A stretch of 62,469 nt of DNA from a virus (taxonomy: Duplodnaviria; Caudoviricetes): the IMG/VR virus record IMGVR_UViG_3300035101_000006, positions 1-62,469 of that record; one strand, 5' to 3'. This document shows, in pieces, positions 38,430 through 47,749 of this stretch. Each line of letters opens with the position of its first letter. Positions within the stretch are counted from its first letter, which is position 1. The translations under genes were made by a program, and so were the position numbers. A model generated the notes under the pieces. The model saw only the letters and a program-made list of their open reading frames with translations, was not told the DNA's origin and searched no databases.

Positions 38430-38930
38430 CTAGTTCGTGCCCGCGCCGATGATGACCACGCCACAATCCTGCGTGGACGCGGTGACGCCACCCTTGGGGT
38501 AGTCGCCCCGGTCATCGTCGTTGCACGGAATGACGTGCCCGAATTTGACGTTTGCCGCGCCGGTATTGTCCAGCGGGCTTGTGCTGAGATACACGCCGGC
38601 CGGCATCGTGGCCGAATCGTCGTAGTACACCGGGTCGCCAATGTTAATCGCGCCCCAGGTAGCCTCGACGGCGGCGGCGTATGTCAGCACGTTGCGCACC
38701 TCAAAGAAGTACTTGTTCCCCGGCGCAACGTCCAGCACGGCCACGCTATCGCCTGCGTCAACGCTGATGATGACACCTGTCAGCGCCTCGCCGTTGGCAT
38801 AGTCCAGGCCGTTGACTGCCGCGGGGTTCGAGGCGGTCGGCGTGGTGTCGATCAGCCGCGCGTATGGAATGTCAACCGTTTGCAACGGATTTGACGCGCA
38901 CTCGTAATCGTGATTCACTTGTTCCGTCAT
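38430..38930 (-). CDS. Capsid cement/decoration protein (DUF2190-like)
   Basis: AINIGDPVYYD...FG; immediately before the capsid gene. Confidence 0.65.
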   Translation of the reverse strand: MTEQVNHDYECASNPLQTVDIPYARLIDTTPTASNPAAVNGLDYANGEALTGVIISVDAGDSVAVLDVAPGNKYFFEVRNVLTYAAAVEATWGAINIGDPVYYDDSATMPAGVYLSTSPLDNTGAANVKFGHVIPCNDDDRGDYPKGGVTASTQDCGVVIIGAGTN

Positions 38931-38932
38931 CT

Positions 38933-40714
38933 TTATTCCTCCTTAGACTCGCGGACGCGAGTGCTTAGATACCGCTGATTAACCGCGTCCTGCGCCTTTT
39001 CGATAGCGGCGCGGTTTGGCCTCAACGCCTCGGCGGCTTGCTTGCCGCGCGTGGCAATCGGCTTACCACTACCGGCCGCCTGCTTGAACTCTGCCACGAC
39101 CTGCTTCACGGTCGCGTCAAGTTCTTCGGCGTCGGCGTATGCCCGCGCGGATAGCAGCGCCTTCGTGTGCTCGGGGAGCGCCACGCCGTCCAGCGCCTCG
39201 GCAATCTGTGCCTCGGTCAACGCCTGCGGTTCTTCGTTGGGGGCTTCCTCTTCGCCAAGCGCGACCTCTTCTGTGGTTTCCTCGGCTGGCGTTTCGGTAG
39301 GCTCCTGTTCCAGTTCTTTCTCGTCTTTCGACATATTCCCACCTCCATCTTCATTTTCTGCCAGTCCGAGGGCACGGCCCCCAGCCCCGGCTTTCGATAC
39401 CCAATCAACGGACGAAATATCCGTCAACTCTTCAACATACTTGCCCTTGCGTCCTCCAAGCTCAAAATCGCCCTGCCTCACCCTGCCGTGCCCCCTGATG
39501 GAGCATTCCAGCATCCCCAGCAAATCAAGCTCGTTCAGGTTGAGCACTTTCTGCGCAAAGGACGGATCGTGGACGCCGACGACGCTTACCGGCTCACTTG
39601 ACTCGGTGAAACGTGGCGTTTCGATGATCGTTGACACCCAATTGCGGTTGTTCGTCTCTGCCTCTATGTGGTTCGTCTCGAACATCTTGACTTTGTTAAA
39701 CAGGGCCGCGCCGTTCCTCAGTGCATCCTCGCTGTAGTAGTTGTTGTCGCGCGTGTTGCCCCAGCCTGGACGGATCGGCACGATTTCCAGCTTCAGCGGC
39801 TTTGTGCCGCCCGTCGCCACGTCTCCAACCTCTGAAATGCTCAAGGCGTGCCCGGTGATTGAAACGCCAGCAGTGCCGCCGGTTTCGTTGATGTCGATTT
39901 CCTCAAACTCTGTGGCGGCGGCTTCTTCTTCGGGCGCTTCTTCTTCTGGTTCCTCGTCAGGTTCCTCGTCCGGCTCGCCGTCCGCGCTATCTGCTGGCAG
40001 CATATCGAGCGCCTTCTGTAACAGGTCGCGCAATGCGCTAGTGTCTGCCTCCGTTGCCTGCTCCTTTTTCTTTTCCTCGCCAGCCCACGGCATATCCTCG
40101 GCCTTGTAGAGCGCCTTCAGCTTTGAGGTTGCGGCGTCTTTCTCTGGACCCTCGTACTTGTTCCCACGGTGGCCGCCGGGTGAAGTCAGCGCCGCTTTGG
40201 CAGCGCCCATCAGGGCGTGGTCGGGCGTCCCGTTCTTCTTCACCTGTAGATGCCAGGTGCTGGGCTTTTCTGAATCTTCCACGACGAGGAAGTCAGATGC
40301 GGGATACTTTTCGCCGCCCACCGTTTTCATCATCTTCGCCTCGGAAAGCTCCGTCCAGATGTCAGCCAGCAGTTTGTCGGCAATCTCCGCGACGGTCTTG
40401 CCGTTTTTCTCAGCAAGCTCTTTCATCGTGCGCGTGCCACCGCTAATCGCCGCCGTCGCCGTCTCAACCGCCTGCTCTGCAAGGCTGATGAAATAGTCAA
40501 TGTTTCGGTCCATATTGCTTACAACCTCCTGCGCTGCTGTTTCCTGTGCGTCACGCCAAGCCGCGTTGCATACTGCAACTGCCTGTTTGCGGTCATCCTC
40601 GCTTTCAGGGTCGAGCTTGCGTCCCTGTAGTGTTCCTTCATCAAATACATAGGAAACACAGCGGCTAACATACTCGTCCTGTTTTTCGCCAGTGTTCGGT
40701 TTAGGTAACGGCAT
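38933..40714 (-). CDS. Prohead protease/scaffold
   Basis: MPLPKP..EK..YVSRC; NYYSEDAL, NH, ECSIRG, SVDWVSKAGAGGR; acidic scaffold tail. Confidence 0.8.
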   Translation of the reverse strand: MPLPKPNTGEKQDEYVSRCVSYVFDEGTLQGRKLDPESEDDRKQAVAVCNAAWRDAQETAAQEVVSNMDRNIDYFISLAEQAVETATAAISGGTRTMKELAEKNGKTVAEIADKLLADIWTELSEAKMMKTVGGEKYPASDFLVVEDSEKPSTWHLQVKKNGTPDHALMGAAKAALTSPGGHRGNKYEGPEKDAATSKLKALYKAEDMPWAGEEKKKEQATEADTSALRDLLQKALDMLPADSADGEPDEEPDEEPEEEAPEEEAAATEFEEIDINETGGTAGVSITGHALSISEVGDVATGGTKPLKLEIVPIRPGWGNTRDNNYYSEDALRNGAALFNKVKMFETNHIEAETNNRNWVSTIIETPRFTESSEPVSVVGVHDPSFAQKVLNLNELDLLGMLECSIRGHGRVRQGDFELGGRKGKYVEELTDISSVDWVSKAGAGGRALGLAENEDGGGNMSKDEKELEQEPTETPAEETTEEVALGEEEAPNEEPQALTEAQIAEALDGVALPEHTKALLSARAYADAEELDATVKQVVAEFKQAAGSGKPIATRGKQAAEALRPNRAAIEKAQDAVNQRYLSTRVRESKEE

Positions 40715-41261
40715 AACCCTCGTCCTCCATCCTGTCGCCTATCGTGTTTTCAATGAATCGCGCCAGCCCTGGCGACAGGTCTTGCCTCCACGCTCCAACC
40801 GGCCTGGGCTCGCGCTTTGGCCTGTACGCATTCAGGCACGCCAGCGCACAGCCCTCGTCAATCTCCCTGCCAAATACCCCGTGCGCCAGCCGCACCACCT
40901 CTGCAACTCCGTCTGACCGCAGTGCCTCGTAACTCGTTTCAACCGGCCCAACTGCACGCCACCTGTCCAGCATTTCTGGCCACGCCCCGCACAAGTCCTC
41001 TGCCAGTTTCTGCGGCGGCTGGTGCGGGTGGCGATTGCACAGGCTTACCAATATGTCGCGTGGGTCGCGCCTCGTTAAAATAGCAATTTCGTATGGCCTA
41101 TCCTGCGGCTCGCCGTGCGTGCGTTCGATACGCCAATTAGACGAAGCTGTCTTTTTCCCGCCACCAACCGGCGTGCTGCCATCGCAAATCTCGGCTAGAA
41201 TACGCGCCAGCCAGGTCGTGCCACTGTGCGGCCTTCCCGCGACCATCGCTATACGTGTCAA
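40701..41261 (-). CDS. Sulfotransferase-domain protein
   Basis: GRPHSGTTWL (5'-PSB-like), RTH, RDPRDILVS (3'-PB), SYEAL, C-terminal GAWR...M..EGY. Confidence 0.8.
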   Translation of the reverse strand: MTRIAMVAGRPHSGTTWLARILAEICDGSTPVGGGKKTASSNWRIERTHGEPQDRPYEIAILTRRDPRDILVSLCNRHPHQPPQKLAEDLCGAWPEMLDRWRAVGPVETSYEALRSDGVAEVVRLAHGVFGREIDEGCALACLNAYRPKREPRPVGAWRQDLSPGLARFIENTIGDRMEDEGYAVT

Positions 41262-41274
41262 TGTGCTGCCCTGC

Positions 41275-41961
41275 TTATACCCCAAAAAGCACCCGCTCTT
41301 GGTTGAAGAGGTGCGCCATCTCTGCCGCCGCAAGCACGCGGTGCCAGATTCTTAGCCCCCACATCTTGCCGTCAAAGTAATTCGTGTTCGGGTTGTTCGC
41401 CACGCGAAATGTCTGCGCGCCGCAGGCCACCGGGTCAAGCATCCCGTTGGTCGAATGCGCGGTTTCATACGCCCCGCCGTTGAAATACATCTGAGCCACA
41501 AGACTATCGCGCGTCACGCCCAGGAACTGCCACGCCCCCGTCGTGATGCAACCGACCGCCGACGCGCCCTCCCGGCTCCCGGCCTGGTTCGTCCGCAACG
41601 CCAAGTTGCCAATCGCCGTGTACCACTCCCACCCGCAGGCGTTCAACTGCCCCCGGTTGCAGATGACGTGCGCCGATGCAATATCATCGTGATATGCCCA
41701 CACAGCCAGGCTAAAGTCATCGCTCGTAAAGTCCAGGTCTGCGCTATCTGCACCGGAGCACGTTATCTCGTCCAGGTTGCCAAAGTCGATTACGGTCAGG
41801 TCGTTGTCAAGGTTCGTCCAGGTTGGCGTGCCAACCAGCGCCATCGGGTGGTACGGCTTTGCCCAGTCTCGCGTAACCGTGCCGGCCCCCTCGTTGAACG
41901 GCAGGCACAATAGCAGCTCGTGGTTATAGCGCGCATTGTCAAATCCGATTACAGTACTCAT
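41275..41961 (-). CDS. LamG domain protein
   Basis: LPFNEGAGTVTRD, FSLAVW, WQFLGVTR, FDGKM. Confidence 0.8.
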   Translation of the reverse strand: MSTVIGFDNARYNHELLLCLPFNEGAGTVTRDWAKPYHPMALVGTPTWTNLDNDLTVIDFGNLDEITCSGADSADLDFTSDDFSLAVWAYHDDIASAHVICNRGQLNACGWEWYTAIGNLALRTNQAGSREGASAVGCITTGAWQFLGVTRDSLVAQMYFNGGAYETAHSTNGMLDPVACGAQTFRVANNPNTNYFDGKMWGLRIWHRVLAAAEMAHLFNQERVLFGV

Positions 41962-42653
41962 ACCCCGAACAGGTCGCGCTCTGCCTCGTAAATCGCTTTC
42001 ATTTCCCAGGTCGCAAGCTGGCGATTCCACACGCGCGGCCTCCATATCCTGCCATCGTACCAACCAGCCGCGCCGCCGTCTGTCGTGCCGATGGTGAAGT
42101 CAACCGCCGCACTCGTGGCCGGGTTGATGTGCGTGCCATTCGTCACCGTCACGTTCACGCCGTTCAGGTACACCGCCGCACTCGCCCCGCTGCGCGAAAA
42201 ACTGACGAACTGCCAGGCGGCAGTGGCAAGCCCGTTGCCACCATAGGTTGTCTGCGATGCTGGCCCGGCGTTGTACGTAGTGAACGCCAGATAGGGCGCC
42301 GTGCCGCTGATCCAAAAGCTCCACCCCTCTGTGCCGGCTGCTGTAAACTTCGTGAAGAGGAAGCGGTTGCCATAGGCATCCGGGTAAATCCACGCCCCGC
42401 CAGAGAATGAAGTGGTGGTAAAGTCCAGATCCACGCAGTCGGCCGCCTGGATAATCACTCGGTCGGGGTTCGTCGGATCAAACGATAGATATGTCAGGTC
42501 GTTGCCGAGCACGGCCCACGCAGGAGCGCCAGAAAGGGTGGGTTGGTCGTGATACGGCTTGGCCCAGTCCTTCGTCTGCGTTCCCGTCGTTTCCCTGAAT
42601 TGCAGGTCAAGTAAAAGCCCCTGGTTAGGTCGCCACTTGTCATATCCGATCAT
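41958..42653 (-). CDS. LamG domain protein (tandem paralog)
   Basis: FRETTGTQTKDWAKPYH, FSGGAWIYP, WQFVSFSR, YDGRI. Confidence 0.8.
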   Translation of the reverse strand: MIGYDKWRPNQGLLLDLQFRETTGTQTKDWAKPYHDQPTLSGAPAWAVLGNDLTYLSFDPTNPDRVIIQAADCVDLDFTTTSFSGGAWIYPDAYGNRFLFTKFTAAGTEGWSFWISGTAPYLAFTTYNAGPASQTTYGGNGLATAAWQFVSFSRSGASAAVYLNGVNVTVTNGTHINPATSAAVDFTIGTTDGGAAGWYDGRIWRPRVWNRQLATWEMKAIYEAERDLFGV

Positions 42654-42656
42654 CGG

Positions 42657-43100
42657 TTACATCTCCAAGAATAGCTCCCAGTCATACGCGCGGTTGACGC
42701 CGGCAGACTGTTCAAGCGTGAGCTGGAACCCGTGGCGGAACGGCCCCAGGTCGATCTTGACGACTTTCATACTGTTGGCCAGCCCACCGTCAGCCCCGGT
42801 GTAGCTGTTGTAGTCGTACAGTTGCAAGCCGCCGCCATCGTTCAGCCTGTGGTAGACGCGGATGTTCGTGGTGTCGCCGCCGGCCATATTGTCCAGGTCG
42901 ATGTATGCGGCGACCGCCTTTGCGCACCCCAGCGGCTCATTGTCGATGTATAGCGTCTGCTCCGTGCCGTCTGCCGTAATCGTGCCGCCAGTGGCAGATA
43001 GCACCAGGATAGCCGAGGTTTGCGCTTCGATCTCGTCAACCGCAGCATCTACGTCGCCGCTTGCTACCGATTGATTTGTCAGCCCCATCTTGCCGATCAC
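42657..43100 (-). CDS. Hypothetical beta-rich structural protein
   Basis: 147 aa, coupled. Confidence 0.6.
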   Translation of the reverse strand: MIGKMGLTNQSVASGDVDAAVDEIEAQTSAILVLSATGGTITADGTEQTLYIDNEPLGCAKAVAAYIDLDNMAGGDTTNIRVYHRLNDGGGLQLYDYNSYTGADGGLANSMKVVKIDLGPFRHGFQLTLEQSAGVNRAYDWELFLEM

Positions 43101-43573
43101 GAGAACACCGCCTCGATCTGCAATGTGCCGGGCGTCCCAGGCACACCGCTCTCACGCGCCGTTATCCTGATGCGCTCGACCGTGCCGCCCAGGTCAATCG
43201 GCCCAAAGCTAAAGTCCTCCGCCGCTGCCCCCTGGCTGCCATAGCTCACCAGCTCGCGCTGCGTGAGTGATGTGGTGTCAGCGCCAGCGGCAACAGCACC
43301 GGAGGCATAAACGGCCGCCGTCACCCACTCGCTTGCGCCGGCTGGCGCATTGGCCGCAACAGAGTAGGGGGATGTTTCAATCTGAAAGTCGAATGCCCCG
43401 CCTGCAGCCCCGCGCGTGTAGGTGAAGTTCAATGTCACGTTCTCGAAATACGGGCAGGCAAGCTCGGTCGGCGTAGCATCCCACGCGCTTGCGGCCGGTA
43501 GGGCAGCAGACGCGCGGGCGGCTTGCACGTTGAGATAGGTTGCCGATAGGGGAGGCGTGTTTTGGATTGCCAT
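43097..43573 (-). CDS. Hypothetical beta-rich structural protein
   Basis: GAGGTG SD. Confidence 0.6.
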   Translation of the reverse strand: MAIQNTPPLSATYLNVQAARASAALPAASAWDATPTELACPYFENVTLNFTYTRGAAGGAFDFQIETSPYSVAANAPAGASEWVTAAVYASGAVAAGADTTSLTQRELVSYGSQGAAAEDFSFGPIDLGGTVERIRITARESGVPGTPGTLQIEAVFS

Positions 43574-43585
43574 AATCACCTCGTA

Positions 43586-43702
43586 GAAAAACAAAAAAGC
43601 CGCTTCCTGCGGCGTGGTAAGGACCAGGCTGCAAAAAAAGCGGCGTACTGAAAAGTAGGCCAGTGTTAAGTTGTTAGACTAATCCATCATAATTTTACCA
43701 CA
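43586..43702 (-). promoter_or_regulatory. Extended -10 promoter followed by a terminator-like leader
   Basis: TGTGGTAAAAT at 43702-43692; GCCGCTT...AAGCGGC followed by TTTTTT. Confidence 0.55.
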
Positions 43703-43728
43703 TAGCTGTACCCAAACCTGGTACAACT

Positions 43729-43944
43729 CTAAATTTCTTCCTCGAATATTTCCCCGCTCTCTATGCGCAAATCAGGACGCACAACGCTCAAGCTGTTGAC
43801 GATCCTGTATACGCTATGGCGCTGCACCCCAAGGCGGCGTGCGGCATCGCGCACGGATAGGCGCCTACCGCGCTCAAGCAGTTCCAGCAAACGGACGGCC
43901 CGCTGGCTCGGCGTCATATCCCCTGGATGGTCTATCATTCCCAT
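43729..43944 (-). CDS. Helix-turn-helix DNA-binding protein
   Basis: RLLELL...LSVRDAARRLGVQRHSVYRIVNSL. Confidence 0.75.
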   Translation of the reverse strand: MGMIDHPGDMTPSQRAVRLLELLERGRRLSVRDAARRLGVQRHSVYRIVNSLSVVRPDLRIESGEIFEEEI

Positions 43945-43982
43945 AGTTTATCTCAGTGTATGGTTGCCGGCGACGATGATAG

Positions 43983-44630
43983 TCAACACGAGTCTTTCCT
44001 AGCCATCTTGAGTAACCGGTCGAAGTGATTGTTCCCGTTGTAATAGCCATGCTTCGCCGAGAGGGCGATACGGTAAACTCTCTTAATGCGATCGGCGTCT
44101 CCGGGCGGCGTGTCCTCTTTTCTATACATCCAAGTAATGCGGGCGGGAGGATACGACCTGATTTCGTCATCGTTTAGCCACATTGCGCACCCCCACCGGT
44201 CGTTGCAAACCCCGCCACATTTCCCGTATAACTCACAAAGCAATACCGGTCGCAAACGATCAACGAGGCGCGCGGCGTCGTTCCATACCTCTGCCTCATC
44301 GTGGCCGCAATGGCCAATCGTCTCCCAACAGTTGAAGCAGAGATCAGCTTGACACCACCAGCACGCCTCGGCTTTGTCGGCCTCGACCACTTTCCCGCAA
44401 CGCCCGCAGCGCACGAGTTCAACAGGCGGGTCTAGTTCAATCTCGATCCACTTTCCGTCGATGCTGTCTGGAACGTCGAGTGCTGGAGATGTGCCGTATT
44501 CGATCGGTTTGACTGGTATCTCAGCGCCAGTCATCGTGATGACCGATAGCCAGCGATGAGAGCTGGGGGCGAATAAGGGAGCAAGCAATGCAGCAAATGC
44601 CGCTTTCATAAAATCACGTCTTGTCAGCAT
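43983..44630 (-). CDS. Twin-arginine-leader protein with Cys/His clusters
   Basis: MLTRRDFMKAAFAALL; CGRC, CWWC, CFNC. Confidence 0.6.
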   Translation of the reverse strand: MLTRRDFMKAAFAALLAPLFAPSSHRWLSVITMTGAEIPVKPIEYGTSPALDVPDSIDGKWIEIELDPPVELVRCGRCGKVVEADKAEACWWCQADLCFNCWETIGHCGHDEAEVWNDAARLVDRLRPVLLCELYGKCGGVCNDRWGCAMWLNDDEIRSYPPARITWMYRKEDTPPGDADRIKRVYRIALSAKHGYYNGNNHFDRLLKMARKDSC

Positions 44631-44816
44631 AATTCCTCCCATTTTACTTCGTCGATATATTCCCCGCGCGCCACATCTTGCGCAGATTGCCCGTTGTCGG
44701 CCCGCTCATTCGCCCCGCCTCTATAAGCTGTTCCTCGATGAATGCCAGCTCGCTTAGTATCGCCCGGCGGCGACTCTCCTGCCAGTCCAGGAGGGGCGTG
44801 GTTGCATCAGTCTCGC

Positions 44817-45086
44817 TCAATTATCGCCCCCTCTCTGCTCTGCCAGTGCGCGCTTGATCTGCTCCTGAAACTCGTAAAGCCCGCTGGCCGCGACGAACGC
44901 GGCAAACCGCACGAGGTCGCACGCCTCCACCTCGCTTTCAGGAGTAATCACCAGGCCTGCCTTTGCCGCCAGCACGCGGTTACTGAGGCCCATGCCGATG
45001 CCGCCCCCAAGCAGGAACGCGATGGCCAGCAGGACCAGCAAAACGACTATGCCAAGTGCTGCGAGTAAAGCGTACAGGATAATCAT
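44817..45086 (-). CDS. Small membrane protein
   Basis: GGAGGT SD, N-terminal TM. Confidence 0.6.
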   Translation of the reverse strand: MIILYALLAALGIVVLLVLLAIAFLLGGGIGMGLSNRVLAAKAGLVITPESEVEACDLVRFAAFVAASGLYEFQEQIKRALAEQRGGDN

Positions 45087-45110
45087 AGCAACCTCCCCCC
45101 GTTATACCGA

Positions 45111-45578
45111 TTACATTCCAACAATGACAACGCTCCCGGCACTAGCCGCCTTGATAGCCTGTCCGAGCGTTGGGAAGCATTGATCTTCTGGCAAGTCGTT
45201 TGTTACATATCCATCAGGCATAACATATAGTACATCGCCCGTAGATATATCGCGTTTAGTTGGCAAGCTGATAACTCTATGGCTTCTTTGAAAATCATCG
45301 TAGTCATCTTCATCGCAGTCATCTTGTAAGCTCTGTGGCTTTGGTGCGCCGCAATGCGCCACGCCATCGCCGCCGCAGTATAGCGCGCTGGCGCTATTCA
45401 TACAGCCGCAGTAACGACAAGTCCAAGGCTCGCCAAGCGCGGGTATCTCGTGATATGTAATGTTGTCTGTGCTAGAAATAATCATAGGGGCATCACAGGC
45501 GCGCAAGGCGTCAAGGCCGCTTGAATACTGAACGAATAGATTTTCTCCCCACGCCTTGATTCTATCGGCGTATGACAT
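45111..45578 (-). CDS. Zinc-ribbon hypothetical protein
   Basis: WTCRYCG...C...HCGAPKP. Confidence 0.6.
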   Translation of the reverse strand: MSYADRIKAWGENLFVQYSSGLDALRACDAPMIISSTDNITYHEIPALGEPWTCRYCGCMNSASALYCGGDGVAHCGAPKPQSLQDDCDEDDYDDFQRSHRVISLPTKRDISTGDVLYVMPDGYVTNDLPEDQCFPTLGQAIKAASAGSVVIVGM

Positions 45579-45590
45579 AGCAACCTCCCC

Positions 45591-46382
45591 CTACGGCCAC
45601 TTTGGCAGCGGCCCCCGGCTCAACGGCTTGTCAGTCACCAAAAGCTCGCACAGGCAATTCCACCCGCCGCACTTGATTGTCTCGTTCGGCGGGTCTTGCG
45701 GGTGCGGCCCGCGCGCCGCCCAGTAGCTCGCTCTCTTAACCTTGCCACTCATAGAAATGCAGGTGGAACATCCGTCAGATGTTGGACCTCTAACCCATTC
45801 CAGCTTCTGGTCTGCGCACGCCATCAGCTTTGCCCGGTTCACGATGTCGATGTAGCGCAACTCCCACAGCGCCACGCGCGCCCGCACAGTTGCAAACTTG
45901 CCCTTGTTCTTCTTACTGTGCTTCTGGATGAAGTCAAGCAGGCCGATGATGTGCGACTGTTCCAGGGCTATCGCGCCGGTCAGTTCAGCCCGTTCTTCTG
46001 GCGACAGGTCGCCCGGTGTTATGTCGCACGCCTGCGCCCCCTCGTACCAGGCCCTGGTCAGGCCGATGCGGATTGTATCGAGCAGCAGGCCATACGCCTG
46101 GTCGAAGTCAACCGCGCCGCGCCAGAACACGCGCGCAATGCCGCGCAGGTCGCGCCCGTAGGATTGCGCCGTAGCGGATTGCTCGGAAATGGCAAGGTAT
46201 TCATTGTCAAGCGCACCGTCTGCCCCCGCCCCGCAGTAGTGGCAGATAAACGCGGATTGCTTGACCGTCTCGAAAAGCCACGCCACCCCGCACTGGCACT
46301 CAATCTCCACCGCTTTTGCCTCTTGCACAGAGACAACCGGGCCGTGCTGTGTGGTGATGACGTGGTAGGTGTTGTATTTCAT
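45591..46382 (-). CDS. Head morphogenesis protein (Mu gpF / SPP1 gp7-like)
   Basis: C-terminal LEW...CSTC...G...CGGWNCLCEL. Confidence 0.6.
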   Translation of the reverse strand: MKYNTYHVITTQHGPVVSVQEAKAVEIECQCGVAWLFETVKQSAFICHYCGAGADGALDNEYLAISEQSATAQSYGRDLRGIARVFWRGAVDFDQAYGLLLDTIRIGLTRAWYEGAQACDITPGDLSPEERAELTGAIALEQSHIIGLLDFIQKHSKKNKGKFATVRARVALWELRYIDIVNRAKLMACADQKLEWVRGPTSDGCSTCISMSGKVKRASYWAARGPHPQDPPNETIKCGGWNCLCELLVTDKPLSRGPLPKWP

Positions 46383-46654
46383 AGATTGCTTATTGCCCGC
46401 GCCACAGCCTCGGCGCTGATCGCCTTGACTTCTTCAACTGAAACCGCCCCGGTGTCCATCCTTATCTTTATCCTAGAGACATTGTGTTCCACCCTGGCGA
46501 ACACGGTTATAGACAACTCATCTTCATTGAACTCAATGGCTGTGACATCTCCGTCATTTTCGAGCTGGGTCAGCCAGTTGGCGATCTGTGAACGCCTCTG
46601 GTATTTTGTTGGGCCTCCAAAAGTCCTTTGATGCCAAGTGGCATTCCTGCTCAT
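46379..46654 (-). CDS. Hypothetical protein
   Basis: GGAGGAG SD. Confidence 0.6.
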   Translation of the reverse strand: MSRNATWHQRTFGGPTKYQRRSQIANWLTQLENDGDVTAIEFNEDELSITVFARVEHNVSRIKIRMDTGAVSVEEVKAISAEAVARAISNL

Positions 46655-46662
46655 TGCTCCTC

Positions 46663-46953
46663 CTAGAAATCAGACGGTGAAATCAATGCCCACGTTTTCC
46701 CCCCGTCTATTGAATACCACATCTCGCTGATGTTGTTTGTGGTCCACACACGGCCTCCGTTGCTATTGCTGTCGTACCCATACCACACCTCATCAGGCCA
46801 CTCATCTGGCTCGTCATCCTCTGGCGCCCATTCCGTGTCGTCGCCCTCGTCGCCAATCTCATCTATCGGTGGTAGCCCGGTGATAGCTGCTGCTGCCACC
46901 GTCGCCGCTCCGAGGGCGAGCGCACGTAGAAACTCACGCCTATTGATGCTCAT
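46663..46953 (-). CDS. Twin-arginine-leader small protein
   Basis: MSINRREFLRALALGAA; Asp-box SIDGGKTW. Confidence 0.6.
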   Translation of the reverse strand: MSINRREFLRALALGAATVAAAAITGLPPIDEIGDEGDDTEWAPEDDEPDEWPDEVWYGYDSNSNGGRVWTTNNISEMWYSIDGGKTWALISPSDF

Positions 46954-47227
46954 TGCTCAACCTCCTACCGCATTGAGGACAAAACTTGAATCTCACCGCT
47001 GGGTACAATGCCGTGAAAAACTCGCACATTGTGCAATCTTCCTCTGGTATGTCAGCAATCAGCGGGCGCAATAGTTCTGCTGGAACCTGCGACTCGCGAG
47101 AGTCAAATAGACAAGATATATATTCTGGTGCATCTGACCAAGAAATTAACGCCAGCCCGCTAAAGTCTGAATTGTAATGTACCCTGATTTCCCCAAACTC
47201 TTTAGACTGTATCACCTTTGTGTGCAT
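46940..47227 (-). CDS. Hypothetical protein
   Basis: CTMC...FCPQCGRRL. Confidence 0.6.
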   Translation of the reverse strand: MHTKVIQSKEFGEIRVHYNSDFSGLALISWSDAPEYISCLFDSRESQVPAELLRPLIADIPEEDCTMCEFFTALYPAVRFKFCPQCGRRLSNEHQ

Positions 47228-47628
47228 ACTGCCCCATCCTCCCTCTCAACCTTGACGGCGCGGAAATTCTCATTCACCAGCTCGATGCGATACCCGAGCG
47301 CCTCGGCGAGCGACATAATTTGCTCTGTGTGATCGAGAAGTATCCTCTCAAGCGTCGCTGTCGTTTCGCGGCTGTTTTTCGCTTGACGCTCTATCTCGCG
47401 CGCAAGGTCGCTTATTCTGAGGTCGAAACCTTCGGTTACGCCCTGCCAGTAGTTGACCCGATTAGACAGCGTTTCGGAAACCGCACTGGCGTCTTTTACA
47501 TCGCACTTTAGAGCTAGCAATTCGATCTCGCGCTCCGCCAGCTTGCCGCGCAATGTTATGTTCGCATCTTCAAGGCAAGCGATTCTTGCCAAGATAATTC
47601 TGACTTGCGTCTCTACATCTTTTCTCAT
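47212..47628 (-). CDS. Coiled-coil hypothetical protein
   Basis: GGAGGT SD, heptads. Confidence 0.6.
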   Translation of the reverse strand: MRKDVETQVRIILARIACLEDANITLRGKLAEREIELLALKCDVKDASAVSETLSNRVNYWQGVTEGFDLRISDLAREIERQAKNSRETTATLERILLDHTEQIMSLAEALGYRIELVNENFRAVKVEREDGAVCTQR

Positions 47629-47749
47629 TCTGCACCTCCCCCATCTACCCTATCGCCGCCGCCCTGCGCGCCACAGCCTGAACAGTCCGCGCACGAAATA
47701 GAACGCGCTGGCGCACAGGCACAGCACCCCGAATGCGCCGGTGACGACC

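Noticed and set aside
20426-42653. Diversity-generating retroelement among the LamG paralogs
   Set aside because: No reverse transcriptase and no adenine-specific TR/VR pair seen
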